A stretch of 64,000 nucleotides of DNA from an uncultured Candidatus Binatia bacterium. Lineage in GTDB: Bacteria; Desulfobacterota; Binatia; UBA9968; JAJDTQ01. Numbering within the stretch: the first letter of the stretch is position 1; the number at the start of each line of letters is the position of its first letter. Made by a program: the position numbers and the translations under genes. Positions 60,515 to 64,000 of this stretch are shown here, piece by piece. Under the pieces are notes generated by a model. The model searched no databases. It was not told the origin of the DNA and saw only the letters and a program-made list of their open reading frames with translations. The stretch spans positions 1,152,001 to 1,216,000 of the forward strand of contig OZ244070.1 of assembly GCA_965215605.1 (NCBI GenBank), written 5' to 3'.

Positions 60515-62002
60515 CTAACCCTGAAAAGCGCCCGCGCCGCGCACGGTGGTGCCGCCCACCACGAGTTGGTCCACTCGTATGGTGGGCAGCCCGACTCCCA
60601 CGGGCACGCCCTGGCCGTCCTTCCCGCAGGTGCCGATGCCGTCGTCCAGGGCAAGGTCCGACCCCACCCGGCTGACCCGCGTCAGCACGTCGGGTCCGTT
60701 GCCGATGAGGGTGGCGTCCCGCACCGGGTGCGTGACCCGGCCGTTCTCGATCCGGTAGGCCTCGTTGGCGGAGAAGACGAACTTGCCGCTGGTGATGTCC
60801 ACTTGGCCGCCGCCGAAGGAGACCGCGTAGAGACCGTCCTTCACCGAGCGGATGATGTCCCGCGGATCCTCATCCCCCGACAGCATGAAGGTGTTGGTCA
60901 TGCGCGGCATGGGCACGTGGGCATAGCTCTCGCGGCGACCGTTGCCGGTGAGATCCATGCCCAGGAGGGAGGCATTCAACCGGTCGTGCATGTAGCCCCG
61001 CAGAATTCCGTTCTCGATCAGCACCGTGCGCTGGGTGGGCGTGCCCTCGTCGTCCACGTTGAGGGAACCCCGCCGCCAGGGGATGGTGCCGTCGTCCACC
61101 ACCGTGCACAGCTCCGTGGCCACGCGCTCGCCGATGCGACCGGAGAAGGCCGAAGTCTTGCGCCGGTTGAAGTCGGCCTCCAGCCCATGGCCGATGGCCT
61201 CGTGCAGCAGGATGCCGGGCCAGCCCGGCCCGAGGACCACGTCCATGGGGCCCGCCGGCGCTGGCTGTGCCTCGAGATTCACCAGCGCCCGGCGCACCGC
61301 CTCCCGGGCATGGGCCTCGCAGCGCTCGGCGTCGGCGCCGTCATCCAGGGCCATGCGTCCGCCCCATCCGAAGTAGCCGGCCTGCCGCTTGCCTCCATCC
61401 TCGACGATGCAGCGGACGTTGCAGCGCACCAGGGGCTGGAAGTCCCCCAGCGCCCAGCCCTGGGACGACGCGATGAGGACGACCTTGTTTTCCACCAACA
61501 GGGACGCAAACACCCCCTTGACCCGGGGGTCGGCCTTTCTGGCGAAACGGTCCAGGTCCTGCAACAGACCGATCTTGCGTTCCAGGGGGACGTCCGGGAA
61601 GGACCCGGGCACCGGATAGAGGTCGTGCCGGGGGCCGGCGGGGGTGGGAACCCGCGCCGGCAGGTCCGAACCCCGGTCGTTGGCGATGACGTTGGCGGTC
61701 CGCACCGCCGAATCCAGGTTCCTGATGGTCACGTCGTCGGTGAACGCGTAGCCGGTCTTGTCCTCGGACAACACCCGCGCGCCCACGCCGTTGGCGGTGG
61801 ATACCGAGGCGTGCTTCACCAGACCCTCCTCGAGATGGACCTGATCGTTGGTCCGGTACTCGAAATAGAGGTCGGCGTAGTCCGCCTGCGCGGCCATGGC
61901 CCGGCCCAGGACCCGATCCAGGTCCCGTGCGGTTACGCCGAACCGCTCGTCGAAGAACGCCGCCGCGGAGAACGCGGCCCGGTTGGCAAGGCTCCTGTCC
62001 AA
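60515..62002 (-). CDS. tldD: metalloprotease TldD
   Basis: HEAIGHGLEAD, DDEG, PRMTNT, CGKDGQ. Confidence 0.96.
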   Translation of the reverse strand: MDRSLANRAAFSAAAFFDERFGVTARDLDRVLGRAMAAQADYADLYFEYRTNDQVHLEEGLVKHASVSTANGVGARVLSEDKTGYAFTDDVTIRNLDSAVRTANVIANDRGSDLPARVPTPAGPRHDLYPVPGSFPDVPLERKIGLLQDLDRFARKADPRVKGVFASLLVENKVVLIASSQGWALGDFQPLVRCNVRCIVEDGGKRQAGYFGWGGRMALDDGADAERCEAHAREAVRRALVNLEAQPAPAGPMDVVLGPGWPGILLHEAIGHGLEADFNRRKTSAFSGRIGERVATELCTVVDDGTIPWRRGSLNVDDEGTPTQRTVLIENGILRGYMHDRLNASLLGMDLTGNGRRESYAHVPMPRMTNTFMLSGDEDPRDIIRSVKDGLYAVSFGGGQVDITSGKFVFSANEAYRIENGRVTHPVRDATLIGNGPDVLTRVSRVGSDLALDDGIGTCGKDGQGVPVGVGLPTIRVDQLVVGGTTVRGAGAFQG

Positions 62003-62161
62003 AATGTCCCCTTTCCTTACATGAAGCCGGCTTGTATGCTATGAAGAACACCCTTCAGGCGGCCGCTCCTGCCATGGCTACACGACCAGTGTACCACTCC
62101 AAGTCAAACATGGAAGGACGTGTCACGATGCCGCCGGCGGCAGCTTCGAGGAGTTGAACCG

Positions 62162-63229
62162 ATGGACCAGAAGATCGTTCACGTAGTCGGCACCGGGACC
62201 ATAGGCGAGCCGCTCATCGGCATCCTGGCGAGTTTCAGGGAAGCCTTCGGCATCGACGAGGTGACGTTCAACAAGCAGACCCCCCGGCTCACCGACCGCT
62301 CCAAGATCACCGCGCTTCAAGGCAAAGGCGCCAGACTGAGCGTCGAGAAGGACCACTGGGAAGAGTTCTCCAAGCTCGGCATGGACCCGGCCTTCGATTC
62401 GGCCGCCGCCATCGAGCGGGCCTCCGTGGTCATCGACTGCACGCCCGTCGGCAACAAGAACAGGGAAAAGAACTACCAGCACTACGCCGGGAAGAACGGC
62501 AAGGGATTCATTGCCCAGGGCAGCGAGTTCGGATTCGGCAAGATGTATGCCCGGGGCATCAACGACGCCGCGCTCCGAAGGGAGGAGGACCGCTTCATCC
62601 AGGTGGTGAGCTGCAACACCCACAACCTGGCGGTGCTCATCGACACCCTTGCCCTGGGGCCGGAAAAGGAAGATAACCTCGAGGCCGGGCGGTTCGTCTG
62701 CATGCGGCGGGCCAACGACATCAGCCAGGAAGGCGACTTCATTCCGGCGCCCGAGGTGGGACGGCACGACGACGAAAGGTTCGGCACCCATCAGGGGCGC
62801 GACGCCTACTACCTGTTCAAGTCCCTGGGGTTGGACCTCGACATCTACTCCTCCGCTCTCAAGATCAACACCCAGTACATGCACACCATCCACTTCAACC
62901 TGATCCTGAAGCGCGCCATCGCCATGGAGCAGCTCATGCAGCGGATCCGGGCGAACCGCCGCATCGCGATCACCAACAAGAAGTCCTCGGCGTCCGTGTT
63001 CTCGTTCGGGCGGGACCATGGCCTGTTCGGGCGCATCCTGAACCACACGGCCATCGTCACCCAGAGCCTGGCGCTGCGGGGAGACCGCGAGGTGGTGGGC
63101 ATGTGCTTCACGTCCCAGGACGGCAACTCGCTGCTGAGCAGCATCGCGGCCACCCTCTGGCTGCTCAATCCGGACACCTACGAGGAGCGCCTGCAGCCCA
63201 TCCGGCCCTACTTCTTCAGGGAGATCTGA
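62162..63229 (+). CDS. archaeal-type (class II) glyceraldehyde-3-phosphate dehydrogenase-like protein
   Basis: VVGTGTIG, IDCTP, QGSE, VVSCNTH, RRAND, MH motifs. Confidence 0.7.
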   Translation: MDQKIVHVVGTGTIGEPLIGILASFREAFGIDEVTFNKQTPRLTDRSKITALQGKGARLSVEKDHWEEFSKLGMDPAFDSAAAIERASVVIDCTPVGNKNREKNYQHYAGKNGKGFIAQGSEFGFGKMYARGINDAALRREEDRFIQVVSCNTHNLAVLIDTLALGPEKEDNLEAGRFVCMRRANDISQEGDFIPAPEVGRHDDERFGTHQGRDAYYLFKSLGLDLDIYSSALKINTQYMHTIHFNLILKRAIAMEQLMQRIRANRRIAITNKKSSASVFSFGRDHGLFGRILNHTAIVTQSLALRGDREVVGMCFTSQDGNSLLSSIAATLWLLNPDTYEERLQPIRPYFFREI

Positions 63230-63665
63230 CGCCCTTGAAGCGGGCCGCGTCGCCCGTGGCGATGCCGCTTCGGCGCGCCACGCCGGCCCGGACCTCCAGC
63301 ACGTAACGACTTGGAACGCCCACGCTGACGGAGCGGGTGGAGAACGGCACGGTGTCGTGGATGATCCCCACTACCCGCCGGCGCGCGTCCATGAAGATGA
63401 TGTCCAGGGACAGAGGGGTGTTCTTCATCCAGAACGACTGATTCCTCTCTTGCGGGAACACGAACAGCATCCCCTCGTCCGCCCCGAGCTCGGTCCGGTA
63501 CATCAACCCCATGCGCCGCTTCTCGGCGGTGTCCGCCAGCTCCACCCGGAAGCGGGCCTTGATTCCGCCAGCGCCTTCGAAGACCACGCGTGGTGAACGG
63601 TCGCAGCCGGCCTGAGCCGCGAGCAGGAACGCACCGACCAACAACCCGATCCGGGGGGCTCTCAT
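63216..63665 (-). CDS. DUF192 family (lipo)protein
   Basis: VELADT, GLMYR, GMLFVF, FWMKNT, YVLEV; lipobox-like AGC. Confidence 0.9.
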   Translation of the reverse strand: MRAPRIGLLVGAFLLAAQAGCDRSPRVVFEGAGGIKARFRVELADTAEKRRMGLMYRTELGADEGMLFVFPQERNQSFWMKNTPLSLDIIFMDARRRVVGIIHDTVPFSTRSVSVGVPSRYVLEVRAGVARRSGIATGDAARFKGVRSP

Positions 63666-63676
63666 CCGGCAGGCTC

Positions 63677-64000
63677 TCACGAGGTCGGCCACACACCCTC
63701 CCACAGCCGGGCAAGGAACTCGCGCCACGGGAGGATATCGATGCCGTCCACCCGACGGGCCATCGGTTCCAGAGACACGAGCACAAAGTGTGAAAGGAGA
63801 TTCTCTTCACGCAGCGCCAGCAATCCCCTCAGATCACGACTGGACACTGCCCTTTTGGCCTTTACCTCGACGGCGAGTCGGCCGACAACGAAGTCCACTT
63901 CGAGCTGTGACTTCGAACGCCAGTACCTGGGGGGCTCGAGCAGGTGATAGTCGCAGAATGCCTTGATCTCCTGCAACACGAAGCTCTCGAATGCCTCGCC
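63677..64000 (-). CDS. C-terminal part of an AAA_14/DUF4143 protein (paralog 4, runs off the window)
   Basis: LQEI, YWRS...EVDFV...VEVK, LPWREFL. Confidence 0.82.
   Translation of the reverse strand, partial: GEAFESFVLQEIKAFCDYHLLEPPRYWRSKSQLEVDFVVGRLAVEVKAKRAVSSRDLRGLLALREENLLSHFVLVSLEPMARRVDGIDILPWREFLARLWEGVWPTS

Overview
High-GC bacterial chromosomal segment. Its gene order (xerC-hslVU-argBDFGH-lysA-dapFAB; kdsB-pyrG-kdsADC-lptCAB-rpoN-ptsN-rapZ-HPr-metK-ahcY; tldD-pmbA) is of the kind seen in Deltaproteobacteria-like lineages; the taxonomy is inference only. Most of the window is housekeeping or catabolic: Arg/Lys synthesis, KDO/LPS export, SAM cycle, a 2-oxoacid:ferredoxin oxidoreductase, a CoxMSL-like molybdoenzyme and a peptide ABC transporter. 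The clearest hidden signal is an OsmC-like gene that the ORF track splits in two (55272-55763, minus strand). It has an in-frame TGA at the catalytic-Cys position (GF-U-LLT) followed by a SECIS-like hairpin, so it is probably a selenoprotein, and it sits among CnoX-like thioredoxin, hemerythrin and CxxC-less HMA genes. Single accessory conflict-type genes are scattered between operons: four AAA_14-wHTH-DUF4143 ATPase/nuclease paralogs (the three complete ones each have an upstream palindrome), a lower-GC ABC-ATPase-TOPRIM fusion, hicB-hicA and Uma2. The intergenic DNA carries TA/CTAG-bounded MITE-like palindromes, REP-like elements, short tandem duplications and degenerate XerC-arm-like motifs. 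No rRNA, tRNA, CRISPR array or intact transposase was seen. All family assignments come from motif recognition by eye, not from database searches.
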